This document shows, in pieces, positions 37,552 to 48,201 of a stretch of DNA of 62,239 bases. Location: contig JAXGNR010000011.1 in the NCBI GenBank assembly GCA_040767965.1, positions 1 to 62,239 of the forward strand. The letters run 5' to 3'. The DNA comes from Atribacterota bacterium. Lineage in GTDB: Bacteria; Atribacterota; Phoenicimicrobiia; Phoenicimicrobiales; Stramentimicrobiaceae. The position numbers and the translations under genes were made by a program. Position 1 is the first letter of the stretch; every line of letters begins with the position of its first letter. The notes under the pieces were generated by a model. The model saw only the letters and a program-made list of their open reading frames with translations, ran no database searches and was not told the origin of the DNA.

Positions 37552-38514
37552 ATGAAAAATTCAATTTGCGATGTAGATGGAATACAGGTTGGACATGCTC
37601 AAAATCTGGAGGCTGGCACTGGGTGTACAGTGGTAATAGCGCAAAAAGGTGCTATTGCTGGTGTAGATGTGCGAGGAGGAGCCCCGGGAACAAGAGAAAC
37701 TGACTTGTTAGACCCGGTCAATTTAGTACAAAAAGTGCATGCCATATATCTTGGTGGAGGTAGTGCCTTTGGTCTGGACGGTGCCGCAGGAGTAATGCAA
37801 TATTTAGAAGAACAGAGCATTGGCCTTGATGCAGGCAATGTCAAAGTACCGATTGTTTCAGGTGCAGTAATTTTTGATTTAGATATAGGCAATGCCTCCG
37901 TAAGACCTGATAAAAATATGGGTTATCAAGCCTGTTTGGACAGTATTAATAGTAAGCACAATACAGTAGAAGGCTGCATTGGGGCTGGGACCGGGGCTAC
38001 TGTTGGTAAATATTTTGGAATTTCTCGTTGTATGAAAGGTGGAATAGGAACCGCTAGTCTGAAGATTGATGAGTTAATAATTGGTGCTTTGGTAGTGGTT
38101 AATGCTTTTGGGGATATAATTAATCCTCAGACTAATGAAATTTTAGCAGGAACCTTAAATGAAGAGAAAAATAAATGTATAAACACAGATTCTTTGCTAA
38201 TTAATTCTACCATCATACAAAATAATTCTTTTTTTAAAAATACTGTTCTAGGCGTAGTTGCTACTAATGCTGACCTGAGCAAGTCTGAGGCAAAACGTTT
38301 ATCCATATCTGCCCATGATGGATTTGCTAGATGTATATCTCCTTCTCATACTCTATACGATGGGGATACAATATTTTCATTAGCTACCGGTAAAGTCAAA
38401 ACTGATAGTACTATCTTAAATGCTTTAAGCGCACAGGTAATTTCCATTGCCATTCAAAGAGCTGTTTTACAAGCCACTACCATGTTTGGTATTCTAAGTA
38501 ATAAAGATCTTTAA
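37552..38514 (+). CDS. P1/S58 (DmpA-like) peptidase
   Basis: DVRGGAPGTRETDLL, GGSAFGL, GAGTGA, HTLYDGDTIF. Confidence 0.92.
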   Translation: MKNSICDVDGIQVGHAQNLEAGTGCTVVIAQKGAIAGVDVRGGAPGTRETDLLDPVNLVQKVHAIYLGGGSAFGLDGAAGVMQYLEEQSIGLDAGNVKVPIVSGAVIFDLDIGNASVRPDKNMGYQACLDSINSKHNTVEGCIGAGTGATVGKYFGISRCMKGGIGTASLKIDELIIGALVVVNAFGDIINPQTNEILAGTLNEEKNKCINTDSLLINSTIIQNNSFFKNTVLGVVATNADLSKSEAKRLSISAHDGFARCISPSHTLYDGDTIFSLATGKVKTDSTILNALSAQVISIAIQRAVLQATTMFGILSNKDL

Positions 38515-38821
38515 AGTATTTTAATTTAATAATAAGTTATATATTAAATATGTAAAGTGTAAAAATATAATAGTAAAAATAAATATAATACCTACAATCT
38601 TTAAAAGACAGTAAATACATTATTATACTCATTAAACTGATTGTAGATTTAATGTTATAATTATTCTAACTTTTTAAAACTAAAGTGGTTTAGGAATTTT
38701 CTATTTTAATTTTAATATAATAAAGGTGACCCTATTTTTAAGTTAGACTTTTCCTGGCAAGATTAAGTATTTCAAATTTGTTTTATAAGCAGAATCAAAA
38801 GAGAAAGAAAGGTGGATTTCA

Positions 38822-41587
38822 ATGAATCCTTTAAAAGATCCAAAGATAAAAATGTGGACAATAAGCGGATTAGCTCTCTTTTTTATCCTTCTTATTGCTT
38901 TTATCGGCCGGTTTTATATTCCTATGGTTTGGCTATCATCAGTAAATTATCTTTCAGTTTTCTGGAAAATAATAACTGCTCAATTTTGGGTAGGAATATT
39001 TTTTGCGGCATTATTTTTTGTATTGAGTTTTATAAATTTTAATTATGTCCGACATTATGCACCTCCAATAGAGGTTGAAGAATTACCGGAAAATGGCGAA
39101 AGACCGGAAATGCAGATATATAGAACACTGCAGAGTTTTAAAATCAGCAAGCGGATAGTAATCGGATTATCAGTAATCTTATCTATATTAATGGGTATTT
39201 CAGAATCAGTAAACTGGGAAAAGATATTGATTTATCTGAATCGAGTTCCTTTTGGAATAAATGACCCTGTATTCGGACAGGATATTGGTTTTTACCTTTT
39301 TAGCTTGCCATTCTTTGAGTACTTACGTAATTGGTTAAGTTTTGCAATAGGATTGATTCTGGTGATTGTTCTTGTTGTTTATGTAACCAAAAGAGCAGTA
39401 CGTTTTGAAAATCGAAAACTAATGGTTGACCCACCCGTAAAATTGCATCTTTCTCTATTGTTTGGTGCTTACTTATTAATACAAGCAGCATCTTTCTGGA
39501 TTAGTGCCAGAAAACTTTTATATTCTTCCCAGGGTCTTATCTATGGAGCAGGATATACAGATATCCATGTTAACCTTTTAGCAATAAGAATTTCCACACT
39601 GCTTTGTATAGTTGCAGCGATTGTGTTTTTTATTACTGCTAAAAGTCAAAATGTTAATTTACCAATAATGAGTGTTGCAGCTGTCTTTGTTGTATATATT
39701 GTGTTAGGTGGCTTACTTCCGGGAATTTTTCAGAGAGTGTTTGTTTCACCTAATGAATTAGCCCGAGAAAGACCTTATCTTGCCAATAATATTGAGATGA
39801 CCAGAAAGGCTTATGGTTTGGATAGAATAGTGGAGAAGGATTTTCCAATTGAAGAAAGAATCAGCTATGCAGAGATACAAAATAATCCGGAAACAATAAG
39901 TAATGTCCGTTTATGGGACTGGAGACCAATCCAGCAGACTTTTAACCAGATACAATCAATCAGATTATATTATGAATTTTTTGGAGTTGATGTTGATCGT
40001 TACCATTTGAATGGGGATTATCAGCAGGTGATGATTGCTGCTCGTGAATTAGACAGTAATCGTCTTGCCCAGGAAGCCCAAACCTGGGTAAATCAAAGGC
40101 TGACTTTTACCCATGGATATGGTGCAGTTTTAAGTCCGGTAAGTATGGTAGAAAGTGATGGATTGCCACATCTTTCTATCAAGGATATTCCGCCAATATC
40201 TTCAGTTGGTTTGAATATCAGCAGACCTGAGATTTATTATGGAGAAAAAACAGAAGAATATGTTATTGTGAATACTGATAACAGGGAATTTAATTATCCC
40301 CTTGGCGATGAAAATGTTTATACTCATTATGAAGGTAACGGGGGAGTTCCTATTTCTTCATTATGGCGCCGATTAATGTTTGCTATTCACTTTGGAGATG
40401 TAAATATAATATTAACTGGAAGCATCAATCAGGATAGTCGTATAATGCTGCATCGCAATGTTATTGATCGCACTAAACAAATTGCACCATTCTTAGTTTA
40501 TGACAGCGATCCTTATATAGTAATTGCAGATGATGGGAAATTGTACTGGATACAGGATGCTTATACTATTTCAACTAATTTCCCTTATTCCAAACCATAT
40601 AGTCGGATGTTTAACTATATTCGCAATTCAGTAAAAGTGGTAGTCGATGCCTATAATGGTGATGTAGATTTTTATATTGTTGACCAGGAAGACACTATTA
40701 TTCAGGTTTATGATAAAATTTTCCCTGATTTGTTTAAACCAATTAGTGAGATGCCTGAAGACCTTCATAGTCATATTCGCTATCCAGAAGATTTGTTCAG
40801 AGTTCAAACGGAAATGTATTCAGATTATCATATGCAGAATCCTGATGTTTTCTATAACAAAGAAGATTACTGGACTGTTCCCAAAGAACTTTATCGAGGG
40901 GAAGAGATAACAATGGAACCATATTATTTGATTACAAAATTACCGGATTTTGAAAAAGAGGAATTTATATTGATTACTCCCTATACTCCTGTTAATAAGA
41001 ATAATATGATTGCCTGGTTAGCTGCCAGAAATGATGACGAAAAATATGGAGAATTACTAGTTTATAAATTCCCCAAGGATAAACTTATTTATGGACCTAT
41101 GCAGGTTGAAGCATTGATTGATCAGGATTCCGAAATTTCTCAGCAGATTACCCTGTGGAGTCAAAGTGGTTCATCTGTTATAAGAGGTAATTTACTGGTA
41201 ATTCCAATTGAAGATTCTGTTTTCTATGTTGAACCACTTTATTTAAGGGCAGAACAGGGTGAGATCCCTCAATTAAGAAGGGTTATTGTATCTGATGGTT
41301 CTGAAGTTGCCATGGCTGTGGATCTGGAGACTGCCATAAGATTGCTATTTGATGAAACTATCAGAGAGATCGAAAAAGAGATTGGTCCAGATATTATCCT
41401 GCAAGAGGGTACTACTCTTAATAGTCTGATTGAAAATGCCAATAAATATTATAGCGATGCTACTAATGCTGCTCAACAGGGTGATTGGGCAGAATATGGT
41501 AAAAGCTTGGAAGGTTTAAAAAATGTTTTAGAATCTTTACAGAAATTTACCGAACAGGATACAATAGAAGGATTAATTGAAGAATAA
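38822..41587 (+). CDS. UPF0182 family membrane protein
   Basis: DPVFGQDIGFY, RLWD, DVDRY, THGYG, NYIRNSVK, GNLLVIP. Confidence 0.93.
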   Translation: MNPLKDPKIKMWTISGLALFFILLIAFIGRFYIPMVWLSSVNYLSVFWKIITAQFWVGIFFAALFFVLSFINFNYVRHYAPPIEVEELPENGERPEMQIYRTLQSFKISKRIVIGLSVILSILMGISESVNWEKILIYLNRVPFGINDPVFGQDIGFYLFSLPFFEYLRNWLSFAIGLILVIVLVVYVTKRAVRFENRKLMVDPPVKLHLSLLFGAYLLIQAASFWISARKLLYSSQGLIYGAGYTDIHVNLLAIRISTLLCIVAAIVFFITAKSQNVNLPIMSVAAVFVVYIVLGGLLPGIFQRVFVSPNELARERPYLANNIEMTRKAYGLDRIVEKDFPIEERISYAEIQNNPETISNVRLWDWRPIQQTFNQIQSIRLYYEFFGVDVDRYHLNGDYQQVMIAARELDSNRLAQEAQTWVNQRLTFTHGYGAVLSPVSMVESDGLPHLSIKDIPPISSVGLNISRPEIYYGEKTEEYVIVNTDNREFNYPLGDENVYTHYEGNGGVPISSLWRRLMFAIHFGDVNIILTGSINQDSRIMLHRNVIDRTKQIAPFLVYDSDPYIVIADDGKLYWIQDAYTISTNFPYSKPYSRMFNYIRNSVKVVVDAYNGDVDFYIVDQEDTIIQVYDKIFPDLFKPISEMPEDLHSHIRYPEDLFRVQTEMYSDYHMQNPDVFYNKEDYWTVPKELYRGEEITMEPYYLITKLPDFEKEEFILITPYTPVNKNNMIAWLAARNDDEKYGELLVYKFPKDKLIYGPMQVEALIDQDSEISQQITLWSQSGSSVIRGNLLVIPIEDSVFYVEPLYLRAEQGEIPQLRRVIVSDGSEVAMAVDLETAIRLLFDETIREIEKEIGPDIILQEGTTLNSLIENANKYYSDATNAAQQGDWAEYGKSLEGLKNVLESLQKFTEQDTIEGLIEE

Positions 41588-41608
41588 TTATTAGATAAAA
41601 ATAATCAA

Positions 41609-41656
41609 AACAATACTTTTAGATCTGATGTTTAAATTGGATCTAAAAGTATTGTT
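41609..41656. terminator. Hairpin between convergent genes
   Basis: AACAATACTTTTAGATC / GATCTAAAAGTATTGTT perfect 17-bp arms. Confidence 0.7.
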
Positions 41657-41724
41657 ATATTTGTTGTTTATATTTATTTGATAAAAAAGAAAAGAAAATA
41701 TTTTAAATAGTAGTAGTATGTTAT

Positions 41725-42213
41725 TTATTTTAACTCAATAATATCAGCAGCTAGAGTATTTAAACTCAAAATAGCTATACTGCTGGCGCCTGTTACCCAT
41801 CCTCCGCATTCACCAGGATTGATAACTATTGTATTGCCTTCCCTGTGAAGATCTTTTTTATGAGTATGGCCATAAATAATTATGTCAAATTCCTGGCTCT
41901 TAGCTAATTCTGCAATAATGTCATTTTTATGAAACATTATAATTTTTTTCCCGGTGACGTTAGTTTTATAAGGCTCTGGGAATATTGGACCTATTTGTTG
42001 AAATTGATTTTTTAGAAATAAACGATCCCCATCATTGTTACCAAATACGCCTGCAAAAGGGCAGCTTATTCTTTTTATTTCATTTATGGTAAAAGGAGAC
42101 ACAAAATCTCCAGCGTGAAATAATAAATCAATTTTTTTATCATTAAAGATATCAATGGCTTTTCTGATAGCAGGTAAATTATCATGAGTGTCTGCGATAA
42201 TGCCTATTTTCAT
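41725..42213 (-). CDS. Metallophosphoesterase (MJ0936/YfcE family)
   Basis: DTHDN, HAGD, GNND, GHTH, NPG. Confidence 0.92.
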   Translation of the reverse strand: MKIGIIADTHDNLPAIRKAIDIFNDKKIDLLFHAGDFVSPFTINEIKRISCPFAGVFGNNDGDRLFLKNQFQQIGPIFPEPYKTNVTGKKIIMFHKNDIIAELAKSQEFDIIIYGHTHKKDLHREGNTIVINPGECGGWVTGASSIAILSLNTLAADIIELK

Positions 42214-42561
42214 AACTAATCAACCTCCATGGGTTTTTTATAAAAGTGATATTCTGACTTACTGAAAATTTAAAGAATGAGTTAAAAAACCAGCTGTTTC
42301 AGGCGGGAAGGAGAATTCGGCTATTTGTCAGATTCGTTTTTATATAAATAGCTGACTTATCTGCAATTTTAAATAAAAGTGTTATTAAATATAATTAGAA
42401 AATCTAAATAGAACAGCTAGGCTTGACTAATTATTTATTCTATAATAGATTAATAGCTAAGTAAAGATAAAGCTCTCTGATAACAAAGAGAAAATTACTT
42501 TTAAGAACTCTCAAGACAGGTATTAAACTTAAAAAATATTAATATAGGAGAAATAAATATA

Positions 42562-43737
42562 ATGAATATTAAAGAAGAAGCTTTAAAATTACATGCCGAA
42601 AATAAAGGTAAAATAGAAGTTGTCGGCAAAACAGAGATCAAAAATATGCATGATCTTGCTGTTGTATACACACCTGGAGTAGCAGAACCGTGTCGGAAAA
42701 TACATGAAGACAAATCACGCGTATATGAATATACAACTAAAGGTAATATGGTGGCAGTAGTTACTGATGGTTCAGCGGTATTGGGATTAGGGAATATTGG
42801 ACCGGAAGCAGCTTTGCCGGTAATGGAAGGAAAAGCTGTCTTGTTTAAATATTTTGCAGGAGTTGATGCTTTTCCAATTTGTATAAACAGCAATGACCCT
42901 GAAGAAATTATCAGAACAGTTCAATTAATCTCCCCTTCTCTGGGAGGTATTAATCTGGAAGATATAAGCGCTCCCAGATGTTTTGAAATTGAACGTAGAC
43001 TAAAAGAATCTCTGGATATTCCTGTATTTCATGATGATCAACATGGTACTGCAGTGGTAACTCTTGCAGGTCTTATTAATGCCTTAAAAGTAGTGAATAA
43101 AAAAATTGAAGACATAAAAATTATTGTCAATGGAGCAGGAGCAGCAGCTATTGCAATTACTAAATTCTTTTTTTCAGCCGGTGCTCAAGATATCACTATT
43201 TGTGATTCAAAGGGGGCTATCTATGAAGGCAGAACAGAAAATATGAATTCTGTAAAAGAAGAAATTGCCCAGCAAACCAATAAGAATAAAGTAAAAGGAA
43301 CACTAATTGATGTTATTGAAAATGCTGATGTTTTTATAGGGGTATCTGCGGCAGGAGCTTTAACTCCTGAAATGGTGCAAAAAATGGCCTCTGATTCAAT
43401 TATTTTTGCCATGGCAAATCCGGAACCTGAAATTTTGCCTGATGCCGCTAAAAAGGCTGGTGCACGTATTGTCGCCACAGGTCGTTCTGATTTTCCAAAC
43501 CAGGTCAACAATTGTTTAGGTTTCCCGGCTTTATTCAAAGGAGCTTTACAGGTAAGAGCAAGTGAAATTACTGAAGGTATGAAACTGGCTGCTGCCAATG
43601 CTATAGCAACAATTATACCTGATAATGAGTTAAATGAAGAAAACATTATCCCTAATGTATTCCATCCTGATGTGATGAAAGTTGAAGCAGATGCAGTTTC
43701 CCAGGCAGCTATTAAGGATAAAGTGGCGCGAATTTAG
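42562..43737 (+). CDS. NAD(P)-dependent malic enzyme
   Basis: [36 protein letters not shown]. Confidence 0.95.
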   Translation: MNIKEEALKLHAENKGKIEVVGKTEIKNMHDLAVVYTPGVAEPCRKIHEDKSRVYEYTTKGNMVAVVTDGSAVLGLGNIGPEAALPVMEGKAVLFKYFAGVDAFPICINSNDPEEIIRTVQLISPSLGGINLEDISAPRCFEIERRLKESLDIPVFHDDQHGTAVVTLAGLINALKVVNKKIEDIKIIVNGAGAAAIAITKFFFSAGAQDITICDSKGAIYEGRTENMNSVKEEIAQQTNKNKVKGTLIDVIENADVFIGVSAAGALTPEMVQKMASDSIIFAMANPEPEILPDAAKKAGARIVATGRSDFPNQVNNCLGFPALFKGALQVRASEITEGMKLAAANAIATIIPDNELNEENIIPNVFHPDVMKVEADAVSQAAIKDKVARI

Positions 43738-43785
43738 CTTTTTAACTGGAAAAGTTAAATAAATAAGATATGGGGGATAATTATT

Positions 43786-45081
43786 TTGGAAAATAATAAT
43801 AAAAAATTAGAATTTAAATTAAAATATGGAAATGAAAAAATTGAATTTAAACTTGATCAGGAAAATGTGATTGATGTTTTAGCCGGTAATAAAGTAGAGC
43901 CATTACAGGACCCTTTAGAAGAATTAAAAAAACTATTGGAAAACCCTATTGGATCTCTTTCATTGCAGAAAGAAATTGAAAGTAAAAAAGCTGAAAAAGT
44001 CTTAATTGTAGTTAATGATATTACCAGGCCAACTCCTTATGATATCATTTTACCTCCATTGCTTGAAAAACTTGCTGAAATAGGGTTAAAAAAGGAAAAC
44101 ATTATCTTTATAGTTGCAACAGGTTCACACCGCGGTAATACCGAAGAAGAAAACCGGGCAATTTTCGGACCAGAAATAGTCTCATCGTATAAATTTATAA
44201 ACCATTGTTGTGATGAAGAGGGTTTTTTGGATTTCGGAAATTTAAAAAGCGGTAATCACTTATCAGTAAATCCCATCATTAAAGAAGTAGACTTTGTCAT
44301 TACTACAGGAGTGATTGTGCCTCATTATATTGCTGGATTTTCTGGTGGCAGAAAATCAATCTTACCAGGAATTTGTGCCAGAAAGACCATTGAAAATAAT
44401 CATGCCAATATGGTGCACCCAAGGGCTTTCAAAGGTAATCTGGATGATAACCCGGTCCATAATGAAATGCTAGAAGCAGCTGAAAAGGTTGGTGTAGATT
44501 TTATCATAAATGTAGTTACCGATCAGAATGGAGATATTATCGGCATTGTTGCAGGAGATTTAAAAGAATCCTGGAAAAAGGGACTAGATATTTGTCAGCA
44601 TGCACATTTTTGTCCCATTAGAAAAAAAGCAGATGTAGTAATAGTAAGTGCAGGTGGATATCCAAAAGATATCAATATGTATCAATCTCAAAAGGCTTTG
44701 GATAATGCTTATGAGGCTGTAAAAAAAGATGGAACCATTGTTCTTATTGCAGATTGCGAGAATGGACTGGGAAGTGATATTTTTGCAGAATGGATGGAAA
44801 GCGCAACATCTATTGCAGATATTGAAAATCGGCTAAAAAAGAAATTTATTCTGGGAGGACATAAGGCATATGCTATTGCTCGTGTCGCTAAAGAAGTAGA
44901 TATCCTGCTTGTTTCTTCATTAAGCGAAAAACAAACAGAAAAATTATTCATGAAATATTGCACAGATATTAATGATGCAATAAACTATATTCAAAAAAAA
45001 CATGGTCAGGATTTCTCTTCTTATATCATGCCTTCTGGAGGTGCATTAGTGCCTTTTGTAATATCAGGTAAAAAAGAATAA
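43786..45081 (+). CDS. LarA-family nickel-pincer 2-hydroxyacid racemase
   Basis: NDITRPTP, ATGSHR, PHYIAGFSGGRKSILPG, GGYPKDINMYQ, GGHK. Confidence 0.9.
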   Translation: MENNNKKLEFKLKYGNEKIEFKLDQENVIDVLAGNKVEPLQDPLEELKKLLENPIGSLSLQKEIESKKAEKVLIVVNDITRPTPYDIILPPLLEKLAEIGLKKENIIFIVATGSHRGNTEEENRAIFGPEIVSSYKFINHCCDEEGFLDFGNLKSGNHLSVNPIIKEVDFVITTGVIVPHYIAGFSGGRKSILPGICARKTIENNHANMVHPRAFKGNLDDNPVHNEMLEAAEKVGVDFIINVVTDQNGDIIGIVAGDLKESWKKGLDICQHAHFCPIRKKADVVIVSAGGYPKDINMYQSQKALDNAYEAVKKDGTIVLIADCENGLGSDIFAEWMESATSIADIENRLKKKFILGGHKAYAIARVAKEVDILLVSSLSEKQTEKLFMKYCTDINDAINYIQKKHGQDFSSYIMPSGGALVPFVISGKKE

Positions 45082-45107
45082 ACTAAATAAACTAAAAAAA
45101 ACGGAGT

Positions 45108-46394
45108 GTGCTAAAATTGCATCCTATATATCAAATATTAGCTAAAGTTAGCAACAAAAATAAGGTTTTACCAGGTGATTTTATTACTGTACCAGTGGAT
45201 TTTGCTTTTGTAAATGATTTATATTTACAGGTTATTCTATCTTTCAGGGAAATTGGGGCAAGCAAAGTTTGGGATCCTTCAAAAATTGGATTTGTAATGG
45301 ATCATTATGCTCCTTCTCCCACAATTCAAGCTGCTGCCAATCAAAAAGAAATGCGGGATTTTGTATATGAACAAAATATTCAGCATTTGTTTGATGTTAA
45401 TAAAGGGGTTTGTCATCAGGTAGTTCCTGAAGCCGGACTGGTGTTTCCGGGAATGATATTGGTAGGGACAGATTCTCATACCACTACCCATGGAGCTTAT
45501 GGTTGTTTTTCTACTGGTGTAGGAGCAACAGATATGGCTGGAATTTTATATACCGGTGAAATGTGGATCAAAGTACCTGAGATTATGAAAGTTAATATTA
45601 GTGGTTTACCAAAAGAGAGAGTTATGGCTAAAGATATTATGTTATACATTATTGCTAATCTGGGTACTGATGCTGCCTTATATAGAACAGTTCATTATAC
45701 CGGGGATACTGTTGATAAACTGGATCTTGATGAGAGATTGGTTTTATGTAATATGTCAGTTGAAATGGGTGCTAAATCAACATATATTCATCCAGATGAA
45801 AAAGTTTTTGATTTTTTAAAAGGCTATGGTTCCAGATTGGATAATTTTTCAGAAATATTCTCTGAAAATAACAAATTAGATATAAAGGAAGAAGAATTTT
45901 TTTCAGTTAATGATTTTAATATATCAGACATATCTCCTCAAGTAGCTCTTCCCCATCAAGTAGACAATGTTGTATCTGTTGAAAAGGCTGAAGGCATAGA
46001 TATTGATCAGGTGCTAATAGGAACGTGTACAGGTGGAAGAATAAACGATATTAAAGTTACAGCTGAATTTTTGAAAGGCCGAAAAATATCTTCTCGAACC
46101 AGATTGTTAATTGTTCCAGCGTCAGATTTAATTTTGAGAAAATGTATTGAACTAGGTTATATTCAAACATTGCTTTCTGCCGGAGCAACTATAGTAACTC
46201 CATCTTGCGGACCTTGTTTGGGAGCGCATGAAGGAATTATTGCTTCTGGAGAAACATGTATTTCAACATCCAGCAGAAATTTTCCAGGAAGAATGGGAAG
46301 CAAAGAAGCAGATATTTATCTATCTTCTCCAGCCACTGCTGCTGCAAGTGCAATTACTGGAAAGATAACTGATCCGAGAAAGATAGATTTTTAA
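45108..46394 (+). CDS. LeuC/homoaconitase-family hydro-lyase large subunit
   Basis: GVCHQ, DSHT, GTCTGGR, CGPCLG, RNFPGRMG. Confidence 0.9.
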   Translation: MLKLHPIYQILAKVSNKNKVLPGDFITVPVDFAFVNDLYLQVILSFREIGASKVWDPSKIGFVMDHYAPSPTIQAAANQKEMRDFVYEQNIQHLFDVNKGVCHQVVPEAGLVFPGMILVGTDSHTTTHGAYGCFSTGVGATDMAGILYTGEMWIKVPEIMKVNISGLPKERVMAKDIMLYIIANLGTDAALYRTVHYTGDTVDKLDLDERLVLCNMSVEMGAKSTYIHPDEKVFDFLKGYGSRLDNFSEIFSENNKLDIKEEEFFSVNDFNISDISPQVALPHQVDNVVSVEKAEGIDIDQVLIGTCTGGRINDIKVTAEFLKGRKISSRTRLLIVPASDLILRKCIELGYIQTLLSAGATIVTPSCGPCLGAHEGIIASGETCISTSSRNFPGRMGSKEADIYLSSPATAAASAITGKITDPRKIDF

Positions 46395-46440
46395 AAAAGA
46401 TAATTACATTTACAATTACAAATATTAAAAAGAATACAGG

Positions 46441-46983
46441 ATGGAGAGTCATATGAATTTATCGACAACAGAAATTACTGGCAAGGCATATATCTTTGGA
46501 GATGATATCGATACAGACCAAATATATCCTGGTAGATATCTTTATTTAACATTACCTATTGAAATGGCCAGGCATGCAATGGAAGATGCTGATCCCAATT
46601 TTTATGAAAAAATAAAAGATGATGGTGGAATAATTATTGCTGGAAAAAATTTTGGTTGTGGTTCCAGCAGAGAACATGCTGCTCGAGTGCTGCTAAGTGC
46701 TGGCATTAAAGCTGTGATTGCCAGTTCTTTTGCCCGTATATTTTTTAGAAATGCTATTAATGTTGGTTTGCCTATTTTCCAGGTTTCTAATTTTTATAAA
46801 AAAATTACCGAAAGGGAAATGTTGAAAATTAATATTTCCCAGGGAATAATTACAACTCAAAAGGATAATAAAGATTATAAAGTCGAAAATAAAATGCCTG
46901 GAGAAATTATCAGCTTAATTCAAAGCGGTGGTTTGATTCCTTTTTTAAAAAAATATGGCACTAATGCATTTCACATAAAATAA
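46441..46983 (+). CDS. LeuD-family small subunit
   Basis: DTDQIYPGRYL, NFGCGSSREHA, FARIFFRNAIN. Confidence 0.92.
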   Translation: MESHMNLSTTEITGKAYIFGDDIDTDQIYPGRYLYLTLPIEMARHAMEDADPNFYEKIKDDGGIIIAGKNFGCGSSREHAARVLLSAGIKAVIASSFARIFFRNAINVGLPIFQVSNFYKKITEREMLKINISQGIITTQKDNKDYKVENKMPGEIISLIQSGGLIPFLKKYGTNAFHIK

Positions 46984-47031
46984 AGCAGATTTATATCCTT
47001 TTAATCGATTTTACATTTTAAAGGAGTTAAT

Positions 47032-47430
47032 ATGATAAAGAAAATAGACCATATTGGTATGGCAGTTCAGGATATTGAAAAAATATTAAAAGCTTTTTCC
47101 AAAGCTTTACAGATACCAGTACCTGAAATAAAAGATAACAAAGAAATGAAAATAAAATCTGCCATGATAGAATTGGATGGCGTTGGAATAGAAATATTAC
47201 AGGCTTATGGTGAATCCGGCAGATTAGTAGATTATGTAAAAAAGAATGGCAATGGCATACATCACATTTGTTTTCAAACTGATAATGTTGAACAGGATAT
47301 GAATGAATTAGAAGATTCTGGTTTTTCTTTCAGTCTGGCAAAACCTATTATTGGAGTCAGAGGTAAAAGGTGTATCACAACAACAGATGAAGCACTGGAA
47401 GGAATTCCTTTCGAGATATCTGAACCATGA
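47032..47430 (+). CDS. VOC family protein (methylmalonyl-CoA epimerase-like)
   Basis: IDHIGMAV, IEIL, GIHHICF, FEISE. Confidence 0.8.
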   Translation: MIKKIDHIGMAVQDIEKILKAFSKALQIPVPEIKDNKEMKIKSAMIELDGVGIEILQAYGESGRLVDYVKKNGNGIHHICFQTDNVEQDMNELEDSGFSFSLAKPIIGVRGKRCITTTDEALEGIPFEISEP

Positions 47431-47434
47431 GGAA

Positions 47435-47481
47435 ATAAATAAACCCTATCTTTTTTAAAATAAAGAACAGGGTTTATTTAT
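47435..47481. terminator. Hairpin between convergent genes
   Basis: ATAAATAAACCCT / AGGGTTTATTTAT. Confidence 0.6.
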
Positions 47482-47488
47482 TAACTGT

Positions 47489-47959
47489 TTATAATTTTAA
47501 TTTTGTTTTTATCTCAGGTGATTTCATCATAGAAACAATTCTTTGCATTGATGACAATATTAATGTTTGTTCCCATTCTTCTAGTCCATCAAACTGATTT
47601 ATGAAGCTTTCTTTTAACAGGGAAGGGTTTTTTGATATTATTGATCTGCCTTTTTCGGAAATGTGGATATACACTCTTCTTTTGTCAAAATTACTTCTTT
47701 GTCTAACGATAAGGTTTTTTTCCTCTAGACGATCTAGAATATCAGTAACGGTAGCCTGACTTAAACTTACTTTTTTTGCTAATTTGCCAGTCGGTATTTC
47801 TTCTACCTCTGAAAGTTCTTTTAAAATAGACAATTGCGGGCTGCTTAATCCATAATATTTGTGTAAATATTTTGAATGTACATCCATCGCCCTGACAATT
47901 TGTCTTAGGGTTGAATATACTTCCTGGCTCCTTGATAAACGTTCATCCAATTTAAACAC
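47489..47959 (-). CDS. MarR family regulator
   Basis: GLSSPQL, LSQATVTDILDRLE, DKRRV. Confidence 0.9.
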   Translation of the reverse strand: MFKLDERLSRSQEVYSTLRQIVRAMDVHSKYLHKYYGLSSPQLSILKELSEVEEIPTGKLAKKVSLSQATVTDILDRLEEKNLIVRQRSNFDKRRVYIHISEKGRSIISKNPSLLKESFINQFDGLEEWEQTLILSSMQRIVSMMKSPEIKTKLKL

Positions 47960-48118
47960 CTCTAATATTAGATAAATTGTTTATAATACTAATATATCGT
48001 ATACAAAATAAAAAGTCAAATTTTCCTGTTGACAATTACCATGCAAATCATACTGGATCAAGAATTTATTTGTATTATAATAAAAAATATACAAGAAAAT
48101 ACTTACTTTTGTAATTCC

Positions 48119-48147
48119 TTGACATCAACTATAGCTTTTGTTAACAT
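48119..48147 (+). promoter_or_regulatory. Putative sigma70 promoter
   Basis: TTGACA-17 nt-TAACAT. Confidence 0.55.
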
Positions 48148-48201
48148 TTTAACAGTCTTATAATATATAATAAATATATATAATATTTAAGGAGATATAA
48201 T

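Noticed and set aside
42280-42362. GC-richer intergenic stretch with TCGGCTATTT/AAATAGCTGA stem as riboswitch or sRNA
   Set aside because: No recognisable family motif; only a short stem.
45108-46983. Assigning leuC/leuD symbols
   Set aside because: Family is clear but the context lacks leucine biosynthesis genes, so substrate is uncertain.
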